In this document: positions 1-9,415 of the stretch, in pieces | Position numbering within the stretch: position 1 is the first letter of the stretch | Layout of the letters: each line of letters starts with the position of its first letter | From: an uncultured Gemmatimonadales bacterium | GTDB taxonomy: Bacteria; Gemmatimonadota; Gemmatimonadetes; Gemmatimonadales; Gemmatimonadaceae | Length of the DNA: 64,000 bases | Direction of reading: 5' to 3' | Assembly: GCA_963850905.1 (NCBI GenBank) | Contig: CAWKMU010000003.1 | Coordinates: forward strand, 448,001 to 512,000 | Program-made: the position numbers and the translations under genes | Notes under the pieces: model-generated | Seen by the model: the letters and a program-made list of their open reading frames with translations, nothing else | Database searches by the model: none | What the model was told of the DNA's origin: nothing

Positions 1-130
1 ACGCCGCGAACACGAAGCCGGCACCGAACCCGCCGGCCGCGATGAGCGACAGCGTGACGGTTCGAGCGAGACGCGGGCGCAGACGCCACCACGCGACCGC
101 GGCCGCCAGCCGCCGGCGCAGCCCGCGACC
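1..130 (-). CDS. Partial N-terminus of a membrane-anchored protein running off the window edge (start not located)
   Basis: The minus strand reads RRRLAAAVAWWRLRPRLARTVTLSLIAAGGFGAGFVFAA, a basic stretch followed by a hydrophobic helix, open to position 1. Confidence 0.4.
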
Positions 131-267
131 CGATCGCCGCCCGCGCGCGGCGGGATCGTTTGACGGCTGTCGGAAGCGGTTGCCAGCAGGCCCGCGGTCG
201 GATCGACCGGCTCGCCCGGAGGCGCCCGGTCCGGACGGGTTATAATTTGACGGCACGCACGAATCGC

Positions 268-1176
268 ATGGGTCTCAAGAAGATTACGACCCGGCGCAGA
301 GCGCGGCAACGAACTGACACACTGGTCGAGGTCTCTATCGAGCCGGATCTGCTTCGCATCCCGGTGGGTCCAGGCGCGCTGCACGTCGAGCGCTACGGAC
401 ACGGGGGACTGCCGATCCTGCTTCTGCATGGGTTCGGCACGTCGAGCTTCCTCTGGCGCAACGTCGCGCCCGAGATCGCCGCCGCCCGACACACTGCGAT
501 CGCGCTCGACTTGCTCGGGTATGGTGAATCCGACCGTCCGCTCGACACGGATTTCGGGATCGCAGCGCAGACGGAGTACGTCGATCGCGCGCTCACCGGA
601 TTGCGAGTGCCCCGAGCCAATGTGGTCGGCGTCGACCTCGGCGGAGCCGTGGCGCTTCGGCTCGCCGCCGTCAAGCGTGATCGCGTCTCGCACTTGATTC
701 TCGTCAACACGTTGACGGCTGACTCGACGCCCGCCGACGATGTGCGCGCGTTGCAGCGGAACACTGCGCGTTTCGTCCTGCGCGTCGCGACCGGCATTCT
801 TGGCGCCGCGCCACTGCTCCGGCCCGTCCTCGAGGGCAGCGTGGCCGACCGCGCCCATATGCCGTGGCGACTCGTGGCGCGCTATCTCGCTCCCTACGTC
901 GGACAGGACGGCGTGCGCCATCTGTTGGCGCTCGCGGCGTCCGTGTCAGCGCAGGACCTGGACGCGGCACCCGCGACTGCGGTGCACGCGCCCACGCTCG
1001 TCATCCGGAGCGAAGCGGACCGATGGCTCGACGACGGTATCGCCCAGAGCCTGGCTGCCGCCATTCGGAATGCACGACTCGTGCGTCTCCCCGGCGTCGG
1101 CCGACTCGTCCCCGAAGAAACGCCGGAGCAGTTGGCCGGGTTGGTGCTGGATTTCGTGGAAGGACGCGGGGTGTGA
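268..1176 (+). CDS. Alpha/beta fold hydrolase
   Basis: LLLHGFGTSSFLW, DLLGYGESD and elbow GVDLGG (Asp at the nucleophile position). ATG at 268 lies downstream of TATAAT at 241. Confidence 0.85.
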   Translation: MGLKKITTRRRARQRTDTLVEVSIEPDLLRIPVGPGALHVERYGHGGLPILLLHGFGTSSFLWRNVAPEIAAARHTAIALDLLGYGESDRPLDTDFGIAAQTEYVDRALTGLRVPRANVVGVDLGGAVALRLAAVKRDRVSHLILVNTLTADSTPADDVRALQRNTARFVLRVATGILGAAPLLRPVLEGSVADRAHMPWRLVARYLAPYVGQDGVRHLLALAASVSAQDLDAAPATAVHAPTLVIRSEADRWLDDGIAQSLAAAIRNARLVRLPGVGRLVPEETPEQLAGLVLDFVEGRGV

Positions 1177-1180
1177 ACTG

Positions 1181-1374
1181 CGGGGTCTGGGGTTGGGGTA
1201 TGGGAACGACCGCGCAACGGCCACAAACGACATGGGCGGCCTGAAGGCCGCCCCTACATGTCGGTGTAGACGGCGAGGCCCCAGCGCGCGGTACTAACGA
1301 TTCTCATTACCGGTCGACGAGTCCAACTCCGGCGCTGCCCGCAGCAACATGTAGGGGCGGGCTTCAGCCCGCCC
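1181..1374. repeat. Inverted pair of GTAG-type REP hairpins with heptamer tail
   Basis: GTAGGGGCGGCCTTCAGGCCGCCC on - (1234-1257) and GTAGGGGCGGGCTTCAGCCCGCCC on + (1351-1374); GGGGTCT/GGGGTT tract at 1181-1210. Confidence 0.8.
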
Positions 1375-1438
1375 GCCTTTTTGCGGTGGTCATGGTCGTT
1401 TGCCAAACCCCCGACCGCACCCGCCGTTAAGCCGTACC

Positions 1439-2155
1439 TCACCGCCTGTTCGCCACCGGCAACCCCAGCGCCCCATTCAACCAGCGCACCAACGCAATCG
1501 CCGGCCGGTACGCGCGGCCAAGCCAATCGGGCAGGTCGGCGCGTCGCAGCGCCGACGCCGGGATCGCCCGACTGACGGTGAAGGAGCGATAGCGCAGCCA
1601 CTCGGCCGCGGGATGGTCCGCAGGGTAGCCGCGCGGCGGTCGCGCCAGCACGGCCTCGTCGCTCAGCTCACCGTACGTGCGGCGCGCGCCGCGCCGAACC
1701 TTCTCAAATCCGGCCAGATCCTGGCTCAACGCCGCACGGATGCGTGTGAGCGCAGGCGTCGGCGGCATCCACATGCCGGCTGCCACGATCGACGCGTTGG
1801 GCTCGAGATGGAAGTAGAGGCCAGCGCCTCCATGGACGGCCGCCCCACCTCCCGGACCCAACGCTCGGTGGCCGATCCAGAACGCCGCGTGAGTCTTGTA
1901 CGGCGACTTGTCCTTGGAAAACCGGACGTCACGATAGATGCGAAAGACCGATCGTTTGCGGTCCGCGACCAGCTCCGGCGCAAGCAGTGCGAGGCGCACG
2001 TCCACCTCGTCGAGCAGGGCAAGGAGTGGCTGCAGGACCTCGCCGTCGTAGGTCTCGCGCTGCGCTTCGAACCAGTCCCGGCGATTGTTGCGCGCGAGGC
2101 CACGGAGAAAGCGAAAGGCGGCGGGGCGAAAACCCGAAAATTCGGTACTGGACAA
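1439..2155 (-). CDS. DUF2461 / TIGR02453 family protein
   Basis: FLRGLARNNRRDWF and FRIYRDVRFSKDKSPYKT signature; TTG start at 2155 after GAGGG. Confidence 0.9.
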   Translation of the reverse strand: MSSTEFSGFRPAAFRFLRGLARNNRRDWFEAQRETYDGEVLQPLLALLDEVDVRLALLAPELVADRKRSVFRIYRDVRFSKDKSPYKTHAAFWIGHRALGPGGGAAVHGGAGLYFHLEPNASIVAAGMWMPPTPALTRIRAALSQDLAGFEKVRRGARRTYGELSDEAVLARPPRGYPADHPAAEWLRYRSFTVSRAIPASALRRADLPDWLGRAYRPAIALVRWLNGALGLPVANRR

Positions 2156-2364
2156 ACCGTCCGTCCCTCGTGTGTCAAGAAGTGAGGACGCAGTAGCAAA
2201 CTGTAGAGACGCAGCGCGTTGCGCCACTCGTGCGTATACAAAAAGGTGACCAATGTCGATCGGCCTTTGTCCGCCTCGCCACTTCAGGGATCGGTTACAG
2301 CGAAGGGCCGATCGGCCGATTAAATTGCGTGTGCTGGACGTTGTCTTTACACCCACGGAGTGAC

Positions 2365-2640
2365 ATGGCTAGGCAGAGAAATCGACGGCTCCACGACGTC
2401 GCGCAGCCGACAGCATTCGAAGAGGCGCGCGACGAGCTGTTTCAGCAGATCATGCAGTGCGGCGTCATCGGCGCGGATCCCGAGCACCAGACCGACTGGT
2501 TCCAGGACACAATGGCGTACATCTCGGACCGATATCCCGAGTTGTCGCCCACGCAGCTCGCTGAGCTGCGAACGCTTGGCGATCGATTCGTTCAACCGCC
2601 CAAGCGACCGACCGCCGAGGTCGGCAGTAGCGCAGCGTAA
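2365..2640 (+). CDS. Small hypothetical protein (91 aa)
   Basis: GGAG RBS before ATG 2365, protein-like composition, followed directly by a terminator. Confidence 0.75.
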   Translation: MARQRNRRLHDVAQPTAFEEARDELFQQIMQCGVIGADPEHQTDWFQDTMAYISDRYPELSPTQLAELRTLGDRFVQPPKRPTAEVGSSAA

Positions 2641-2645
2641 CGTGC

Positions 2646-2680
2646 CGGGCGGCCTTCCAAAGCCGCCCGCTCTTTTTTTT
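2646..2680 (+). terminator. Rho-independent terminator
   Basis: CGGGCGGC-CTTCCAAA-GCCGCCCG stem followed by a T8 tract. Confidence 0.85.
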
Positions 2681-2688
2681 CCGGCGGA

Positions 2689-3258
2689 CTATCGCCGACG
2701 GCTGACGCGGCGAAGCACAACGCCGACGCGCACGCCACCACCAAGTCCGACTTCCACGGCCGGCACGATCCCGGCCTTGGCCGGCGCGTGCACCCCGAGC
2801 GCGATGAGGAGGTAGAGCGCCCCCCGGGCGCCCCGATCGGCGCGGTAGGTCATCCCTCCCACCAGATACGGGGCCCAATGTGCGTCGCCATCCGCGTCGA
2901 GATGGATGCGGCCCGTGACGTCGAGGCTCGCACTCGGTTCCAGTGTCCGCCCAGTCACGACCCCGAGCCCCACGTCGGCGCCCAGCCACAGGAAATCGCC
3001 GGTCTGTAGCGCCGCGCCACCCCCCAGCTGAAACGCAGTCGACTGCGCCACGATCGCGTCGGCTCGCACCTCCGGCGCGAGTGACGGCCCCGCCGCTTGA
3101 GCGCCGGCGCACGACACGCGTATCGCGGCCGCGAGACTGAACGCGGCGGCAGTGCGCCGCATCAGCCCAACGACACGGCGCACACCCCGCGCAGCACGTC
3201 CCACAGGCGCACGCATGAGGGCCAATCCTACCGAGGCCCTCATTCGCTTGCCAATCAC
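2689..3258 (-). CDS. Hypothetical exported protein, possibly a small beta-barrel (start uncertain)
   Basis: Signal-like segment (AAAFSLAAAIRVSCAGAQA) followed by alternating hydrophobic/Gly strands. Confidence 0.55.
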   Translation of the reverse strand: MIGKRMRASVGLALMRAPVGRAARGVRRVVGLMRRTAAAFSLAAAIRVSCAGAQAAGPSLAPEVRADAIVAQSTAFQLGGGAALQTGDFLWLGADVGLGVVTGRTLEPSASLDVTGRIHLDADGDAHWAPYLVGGMTYRADRGARGALYLLIALGVHAPAKAGIVPAVEVGLGGGVRVGVVLRRVSRRR

Positions 3259-3419
3259 GATGCTCTCGGCCTACCTTGACCGCGACTGCGCTGCCGGCCG
3301 CATCCCCGCGCCCGCGTTCATGCGGCCGCTTCGCATCTCGCCGCAGGTGCACCCGTGCCGCTTTTCGACCCAGCGGAGCGTCCAGTCGCTCAGCGCGTCG
3401 GTGTTCGCTCGAGCGACCC

Positions 3420-3779
3420 ATGAACACCAGGCCGTCGCCCGGCCCGGCCTTCGCGCATCTGCTCGTCGACTTCAAAGGGGCCAACGAGTCCCAGTTGCGC
3501 GACGTGACGCTGCTCAGCGGCCTCCTCATCGCCGCGGCCAGCGGCGCAGGCCTGACGGCCCTCGGGCCACCGATCGTCAGGCAGTTGCCGAACGGCGAGC
3601 TCGGGGCCGTCCTCCTGCTCGAGCGCTGCCACATCGCGGCGCATAGCGTGCCGTCGCGCGGCATCCTCCTGCTCGACGTCCTGGCCGCGCATCCCGCCGA
3701 CGCCCGCAAGGCGGTCGACGTCTTCGCCCGTCGATTCGCCCGGGCCACGATCCGGATCGAGGAGTTGGCGCGCGGATGA
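3420..3779 (+). CDS. Divergent S-adenosylmethionine decarboxylase (SpeD/SpeH)-fold protein
   Basis: HLLVDF...L...AA..AG...VLLLERCHIAAHSVP.RG...LDV aligns with the class 1B AdoMetDC pattern VLAESHISIHTWPE.G...DV. Confidence 0.7.
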   Translation: MNTRPSPGPAFAHLLVDFKGANESQLRDVTLLSGLLIAAASGAGLTALGPPIVRQLPNGELGAVLLLERCHIAAHSVPSRGILLLDVLAAHPADARKAVDVFARRFARATIRIEELARG

Positions 3780-3813
3780 CGAGAAGTGGTCGTCGGGAGT
3801 CAGTACATCACTC

Positions 3814-5316
3814 ATGTTGAGTTTTGCTGTCCTGACCACGATCACGATGCTGTGGGACGTCATGCAGGCAGGATCTATCGCCCAGCAGCGACGCACGCCG
3901 CCGGCGCTGGGTGTGTTGGCGGGCATCTCCGTCCTGCTGGCCGCGCCGGCACTCCTCATCGCGGTCGCGACCGGATCCGCCATCACCGGGTCTTCCGTCG
4001 CTGGAGTCGCCTGGATCTGGCCAGCCACCACTGCCGTGTTCATCGCGGAATCGATGTACGCGACGCTGCGGCGCCTGGTGACGCCGTTCGTCGGCGTGCC
4101 GATCGTGCTCTACAACGGTCTGCTCTTCGCGATCGCCACGACCCGCTACGTCCAGGCCAAGGCGGGGGTACCGCCCGACTGGGCGCTCGTCCTCGGCGCC
4201 GTGCAGACCGATCTCCTCGGCACGGTCGTCGGCCCCATCGTTCTCGCCGCGCCGTGGGCGGTGCTCGTACCGCTGATCGCGCCCGCGTTCCCGACGCGCC
4301 GTCCGGCCGCACGCGCCATGCGAGCCGCGGTCGCACTGTTTGCCGCAGGCTGCGTCGCTGCGTTCGCCTATCGCTGGCCGGCGGCTGAAAGCGCCGTGCG
4401 AAGCTACGATCGGTATCTGGCGGATCCACTGCAGGAACGGCCAGCGGGCGACTTCGCGATCGGCCTCCGCATCCTCCCACCGCTGGACGGTATGCCCCCT
4501 GCCCTGGCGCTGCGCTCCGACCTGGCGCTGGTCGATACGATCGGGGCTGAAGCCGTAAGTGTTGTGATCAACCCCGACGGCGTGCGCCCCACCGTGCTGG
4601 ATTCATTGGCGCGCGTGCTGGATCCCCTTCGGCGGGACAGCACGAGCGTGTTCGTCACGCTGGGCTCCCCGTGGAACGCGGCCCGGAGCTATCGCGCGGC
4701 GCCGTCGCGCTACGACGCCAACCGATTGAGCCAGTTGCGCCGCATCGCCCGCCGCCTGCACCCGGACTACCTGCTCCCTATCGACGACGGCGCACGCACC
4801 GAGCCCGATGTGGGGGCTGCCCTCCTGGTCCGGACGCGCTACCTCGCCGCGGCCGCCGACTCGATTCATGCAACAGACCCACACATCAAGGTGACGGTGG
4901 CGTTGTCGACGCTCAATGAACGGGACAGCGCACTCTATGCGTGGGCGTCCTCACCCGGCTCACCGATCGACGCGATCGGCTTCGCACTCTACCCCTCCTT
5001 CACCGGCGCCGGCGCGCTCAATGTGCAGATGCAGACGGCGGACCGCTGGATGCAGCACGCGATGCCACCGCTCAAGGAACACTGGGTGATCACGGCCTCT
5101 GGCTATCCGGTCGCCCATGGCGAGGAATCCCAGCAACTCGCGATCTGGGGATCTCTCGCGTGGGGAACGAGCCGCGGGATCATCAAAGGCGTCATCGTGG
5201 CGGACGCAGCGGACTACAACGACATCACCGGCCTGCGGGCGCCGAGCGGCCGGTTGAGACCGGCCGCCATCGCCGTCATGCGAGCGGCGCAGGAGCTGCG
5301 AGAGCGGCGGGATTGA
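3814..5316 (+). CDS. Membrane protein with a C-terminal glycoside-hydrolase-like TIM-barrel domain
   Basis: About 5-6 N-terminal hydrophobic helices; C-terminal DAIGFALYP, WVITASGYP and GLRAPSGRLRPA resemble clan GH-A strands. The true start may be ATG 3776 (ATGA overlap) with a 1-nt indel. Confidence 0.6.
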   Translation: MLSFAVLTTITMLWDVMQAGSIAQQRRTPPALGVLAGISVLLAAPALLIAVATGSAITGSSVAGVAWIWPATTAVFIAESMYATLRRLVTPFVGVPIVLYNGLLFAIATTRYVQAKAGVPPDWALVLGAVQTDLLGTVVGPIVLAAPWAVLVPLIAPAFPTRRPAARAMRAAVALFAAGCVAAFAYRWPAAESAVRSYDRYLADPLQERPAGDFAIGLRILPPLDGMPPALALRSDLALVDTIGAEAVSVVINPDGVRPTVLDSLARVLDPLRRDSTSVFVTLGSPWNAARSYRAAPSRYDANRLSQLRRIARRLHPDYLLPIDDGARTEPDVGAALLVRTRYLAAAADSIHATDPHIKVTVALSTLNERDSALYAWASSPGSPIDAIGFALYPSFTGAGALNVQMQTADRWMQHAMPPLKEHWVITASGYPVAHGEESQQLAIWGSLAWGTSRGIIKGVIVADAADYNDITGLRAPSGRLRPAAIAVMRAAQELRERRD

Positions 5317-7954
5317 TGGCGGCCGCGGCGCGGCCGCGGACGATCCCCTCCACGACGCGCGCGGGGTCGAAGTACTGGGCCGCGACGCGCGCCACGTCGG
5401 CTGTCGTCACGGCTCGCACGCGCGAGGCGTAGCTGTCGATCTCGCCCAGGCCTCCTCCGACCATCCAGGCGTCGAGCATTTCGGCGAGCATCGCTCCGCC
5501 GCTCTGGCGGCTGATCGCGTGCGTGCCGACCGCATACGCCTGCGCGCGGGTCAGCTCATCCTGCGTCACGCCACGGTCCGCCAGCCGCTCGAACTCGTGC
5601 AAGAGCCCGTCGCGCGCCGTTTCCTCCTTGTCGGGTGAGGTCGCGATATACCCCACGAACATGCCGGCGATCGCACGCTCGACAGCAAACGCGTGGACGG
5701 TGTACGCGAGCGATCGACGATCGCGCAGCTCGTCGAAAAATCGCCCTCCCAGACCGCTCGAGACGCCCGCGATGAGCTGTGCCACGAACCGGTCGCCGTC
5801 TCCCCGCGCCGGCGCAGGAAAGGCCAGGGCGATCGCCGTCTGCGACTTGTCACGAGGCTCGCTCCGGGCCGTCGAGGTCCCGGGCCAGCGCGGCGGCGCC
5901 ACGGACGCGGGATCGCGGAAGCGCACACGACTCAGTGCTTCGCCCATCCGCGTCGCGACTTCGTCGCAGTCGCCGTCCGTGACGATGCCCACCGCGACAG
6001 GCGCGTCGAGCATTCGCTCCGCGTGCCACGCGCGGACCTCATCGACCGTCAGCATCGGTAGCGACCGCTCCGATCCGATCGGGTGGTGCCCGTACGGGTG
6101 ATCGCCGTAGGCAGCTTGGGTCGCGAGGCGAAGCGGGAAGCGATACATGTCATCGTGCAGATTCGCCAGCTCGACCAGCGCCAGCGTGCGCTCTGTCTCG
6201 ATCGTCGAGGGACTGAGCGCCGGCTCCAGCACGACATCCGCGAGCAGCTGCAGCGCCTCCATCGTGTGCGCACGCGGCACCGAGATCATCCATCCGAACG
6301 AGTCGCTACCGACACTGCCGCCCAGGCTGCCGCCCAGCATCTCCACCGCGTCGGCTAGCTGCGGAGGGGATCGACCCGCCGCGCCTTTGACGGCGCTCCG
6401 AACGACCAGTGACGTGAGACCGCCCCGGTCGGCGCGCTCATCCCGCACCCCGCCGATCGCCAGTACGCACGCGTGCGTCATCTGGCCGCCCGCCTTTCGG
6501 CGGACGAGAATCGGCACCCCGTTCGGCGTACGGTAGACACGCACGCCGCTCTCCTCTCGTTCCGCCACGAGGCGACGCCGACGCGCCCCAGACGCTGGCG
6601 TGGCAGTGCCCGGGGTGATTGCGGGCACCAGCTCGATCGCCGCATCGCGGGACGTCACGAGCTCGGGAGCGCTGCTCGCCAACTCGGCAGTCTCGTGAGG
6701 ACGATACACCACGGCGGCGACCCCCGCGTCCCCCAAGTATTGGCGCACCGCATTCGTGACTTCGGCCGGCGTGGCCGCCAGTGCGCGCTCGAGATAGCGA
6801 TCCCCGAGTCCCGCATCGCCGAGCGCTTGCCAGTCCGCCAAGTACGACGCCTGGCCTTCCATGGACTCGCTCCGGCGTACCCAGCGCGCTTCGAGCAGCC
6901 GCTGCGCGCGCAACAGCTCGCGCCCGTCGACGCCCGTATCGCGCAGCTGCGCGATTTCGGCCCAGATCGTTCGTGCAGCCTCACCAGCACGCTCCGGCGG
7001 GCACTCGGCGTGGACCACAAACACCCCGAGCTCCGTGGGGGTGTAATTGGAGGCGGTCGCAGACGACGCCAGTCGCCGCTCGCGGACGCCGCGATACAGC
7101 CGCGATCCGCGGCCCGCACCCAGCAGCATCGCGGCAAGATCGAGGAGCGGCGTGTCGGGATGCAGGGTTGGGACGGTGCGCCACCCTAGCACGAGCTGCG
7201 TTTCGATGATGTCGCCGCTCCACTCGCGATACCGCGGTCGGTCGAGACGGCCTTGCTCGGCCGGCCCCGGCGAGCGAGAGACCGGTCGATCAGCAAGCGC
7301 GCCGTACTCCGCCTCGACGCGATGATGGACGTCGTCGACGTCGACATCGCCCACGATGCTGAGAATGGTGTTGCCGGGCTGGTAAAAGTTGCGATAGAAG
7401 CCGACGACCCGATCGCGCGTAAACGTGCGCAAGGCATCCGGCCGCCCCATCCGCCACCGCCGCATGCGGTGCCGGTCGTACAGCAGCGCGTAGAGGCCCT
7501 CGCCCGCCAGCGCCGACGGCGCATCCTCCTTGCGTCGCACTTCCTGCACGATCACTTCGATCTCTTTGGCCAGCTCGCCGGCATCGATCGCGGAGTTCGC
7601 ATAGGCATCCGCCTGTATGGCCAGCGCCTCGTTGAATCCCGCGGACGGGACGACCGTGTAGTAGCTCGTGTGATCGTAGATCGTGTGCGCGTTGAGATAG
7701 CCGCCCGTCGCTTTGGTGGCGCGCGCGATCTCGCCCACGCCGCGCGTCGGCGTACCCTTGAAGTACATGTGCTCGAGGACGTGCGCGATGCCGACGGCTT
7801 CGTCGGTCTCATCGAAGTAGCCGGCCCGGACATGCGTCACGATCGCCACCACTGGCGCGGTGCGATCGCGCCGCACCAGCACCGTCAGGCCATTGGACAG
7901 CCGACTCGTGACAACAGGCGGCGCGGACGCCGATGCGCCGCCCACGCCGGTCAC
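5276..7954 (-). CDS. M16 family (pitrilysin-like) zinc peptidase
   Basis: Inverted zincin motif HVLEH (GIAHVLEHMYFKGT) and duplicated M16 N/C halves. Confidence 0.92.
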   Translation of the reverse strand: MTGVGGASASAPPVVTSRLSNGLTVLVRRDRTAPVVAIVTHVRAGYFDETDEAVGIAHVLEHMYFKGTPTRGVGEIARATKATGGYLNAHTIYDHTSYYTVVPSAGFNEALAIQADAYANSAIDAGELAKEIEVIVQEVRRKEDAPSALAGEGLYALLYDRHRMRRWRMGRPDALRTFTRDRVVGFYRNFYQPGNTILSIVGDVDVDDVHHRVEAEYGALADRPVSRSPGPAEQGRLDRPRYREWSGDIIETQLVLGWRTVPTLHPDTPLLDLAAMLLGAGRGSRLYRGVRERRLASSATASNYTPTELGVFVVHAECPPERAGEAARTIWAEIAQLRDTGVDGRELLRAQRLLEARWVRRSESMEGQASYLADWQALGDAGLGDRYLERALAATPAEVTNAVRQYLGDAGVAAVVYRPHETAELASSAPELVTSRDAAIELVPAITPGTATPASGARRRRLVAEREESGVRVYRTPNGVPILVRRKAGGQMTHACVLAIGGVRDERADRGGLTSLVVRSAVKGAAGRSPPQLADAVEMLGGSLGGSVGSDSFGWMISVPRAHTMEALQLLADVVLEPALSPSTIETERTLALVELANLHDDMYRFPLRLATQAAYGDHPYGHHPIGSERSLPMLTVDEVRAWHAERMLDAPVAVGIVTDGDCDEVATRMGEALSRVRFRDPASVAPPRWPGTSTARSEPRDKSQTAIALAFPAPARGDGDRFVAQLIAGVSSGLGGRFFDELRDRRSLAYTVHAFAVERAIAGMFVGYIATSPDKEETARDGLLHEFERLADRGVTQDELTRAQAYAVGTHAISRQSGGAMLAEMLDAWMVGGGLGEIDSYASRVRAVTTADVARVAAQYFDPARVVEGIVRGRAAAAINPAALAAPAPLA

Positions 7955-9057
7955 CGCACGATGCGCAACAAGCCGGCGTCGGCGCTGCCGCGGATGAAGC
8001 TCTCGGCGTCACACGTCGGGATGTGGATACCCGTAGCCGACAATCCCCGGCGCGCCTCGATGAGCATGAACTCGGCCACGGACGACTTGCCGGCATCGTC
8101 GGACGTATCGCGCATCTCGGACACGATTTCGTCCCACGTGCCGACGTACTCCCGACCATCGCGCTCGACCTGGTGAGAATCCGTGTCGCGCTTCGCTGCG
8201 AGATCCGTGAGCAGCGCACCGAACAGCTCCAGCTGATGCCGGGCTTCATTCTGCGCTTCGTCCGCCGCCTTCTGCTCGATCTCCGCCAACATCTCGTCAA
8301 TGTCGTCCGCGTCGCCCGACAGCTCCGCGAGTCGCGCATCCCATGGGCGCAGCTCCGGGTCGTCGTCCGCCAGTCGGTACACGCTCTTCTTGAGCTCCAC
8401 GAGCCGCCAGATCCCAAGCTCGTCCCAGTGATCGTCCGGTGACGTCTGATCGAGGTGATACAACGCCGCCTCGTACTCCCCACGATCGTACAGGATGTTG
8501 CCGAGATACACGCGCGCCTCGCTGTGATCGCTATCCAGCTGCAGCGCACGCCGCAACGTGGCGACCGCCTTGTCATCCTCACCCATGCGATGCTGCGCGT
8601 AGCCGATGCACGCGACTGCCTCGGCAGAGTCGGGCACCTGTTGCACCGCGATGTCGAAAAACTCGCGGGCGTCTTCGATCAGGCCCTCGCGAAACAGTGC
8701 GCGTCCCACCTGCAGCATCAGCTCGACGTCGTCGCGATAACCGAGCTCGAGAATGCGGCGGAAGTTCTTGAGCGCCGCCGGGTGCTGGCCGAACTTGAGC
8801 AGCGTCTCGCCAATCCCGGCGAGTGCATCCTCGTGCTCGGGATCCAGGACCAGGGCTTCCTCGAAGCTTTTGCGCGCCCAGGCATACTCCTCGCGCGCCA
8901 GCCGGGCGTAGCCAACCCCCACATGGAGCTCCACCGCGTTGGGATAGAGCGTGAGTCCCTCCCGGAGTACATCGAGCGCCTCATCATAGTGCCCTTCGTT
9001 GTACAGTTGGTGCGCTCGTTCATCGTACTCTTCGGAACTCAGAAATGGGGTCGGCAT
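7951..9057 (-). CDS. Tetratricopeptide repeat protein with an uncharacterised C-terminal domain
   Basis: About 6 TPR-like repeats (e.g. ALVLDPEHEDALAGIG, ALQLDSDHSEARVYLG); GGAG RBS; stop overlaps the M16 start. Confidence 0.85.
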   Translation of the reverse strand: MPTPFLSSEEYDERAHQLYNEGHYDEALDVLREGLTLYPNAVELHVGVGYARLAREEYAWARKSFEEALVLDPEHEDALAGIGETLLKFGQHPAALKNFRRILELGYRDDVELMLQVGRALFREGLIEDAREFFDIAVQQVPDSAEAVACIGYAQHRMGEDDKAVATLRRALQLDSDHSEARVYLGNILYDRGEYEAALYHLDQTSPDDHWDELGIWRLVELKKSVYRLADDDPELRPWDARLAELSGDADDIDEMLAEIEQKAADEAQNEARHQLELFGALLTDLAAKRDTDSHQVERDGREYVGTWDEIVSEMRDTSDDAGKSSVAEFMLIEARRGLSATGIHIPTCDAESFIRGSADAGLLRIVR

Positions 9058-9172
9058 ATCTCCGGAAACCTCCATCGCGTGAGGGTCTGCCTATTGTACC
9101 ATTGCAACACGCCTGAGTTCAACAGGCCGCGACGTCGCCGCCGGCTCCAACCCTCCTGGAGAAACGTATACG

Positions 9173-9188
9173 AGCGTTTTTGGTGCCA
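9173..9188 (-). promoter_or_regulatory. Candidate sigma-54 (-24/-12) promoter
   Basis: TGGCACCAAAAACGCT = TGGCAC with GG-N10-GC spacing, about 115 bp upstream of the TPR gene; the TT before GC is missing. Confidence 0.35.
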
Positions 9189-9333
9189 CGCGCCCGTTTG
9201 GGGGCGTGGTCGCCCCATATATAAGTTAGACGCACCGATGCGCCCGCGATCACACGGGGGCGTCCGACGGCCTGACGACACCGGCAGATGGACACGGGTC
9301 ACCGGCTGCACGCGTGGCCCGGTGGATCGGCGG

Positions 9334-9358
9334 GTAGGGGCGACGCAATGCGTCGCCC
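9334..9358 (+). repeat. GTAG-type REP hairpin
   Basis: GTAGGGGCGACGCAATGCGTCGCCC. Confidence 0.85.
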
Positions 9359-9415
9359 CTCGGCACCGCGCGCACGACCCTCCTGAAATCGCGGGCGGCA
9401 ATGCATCGCCTCGCA

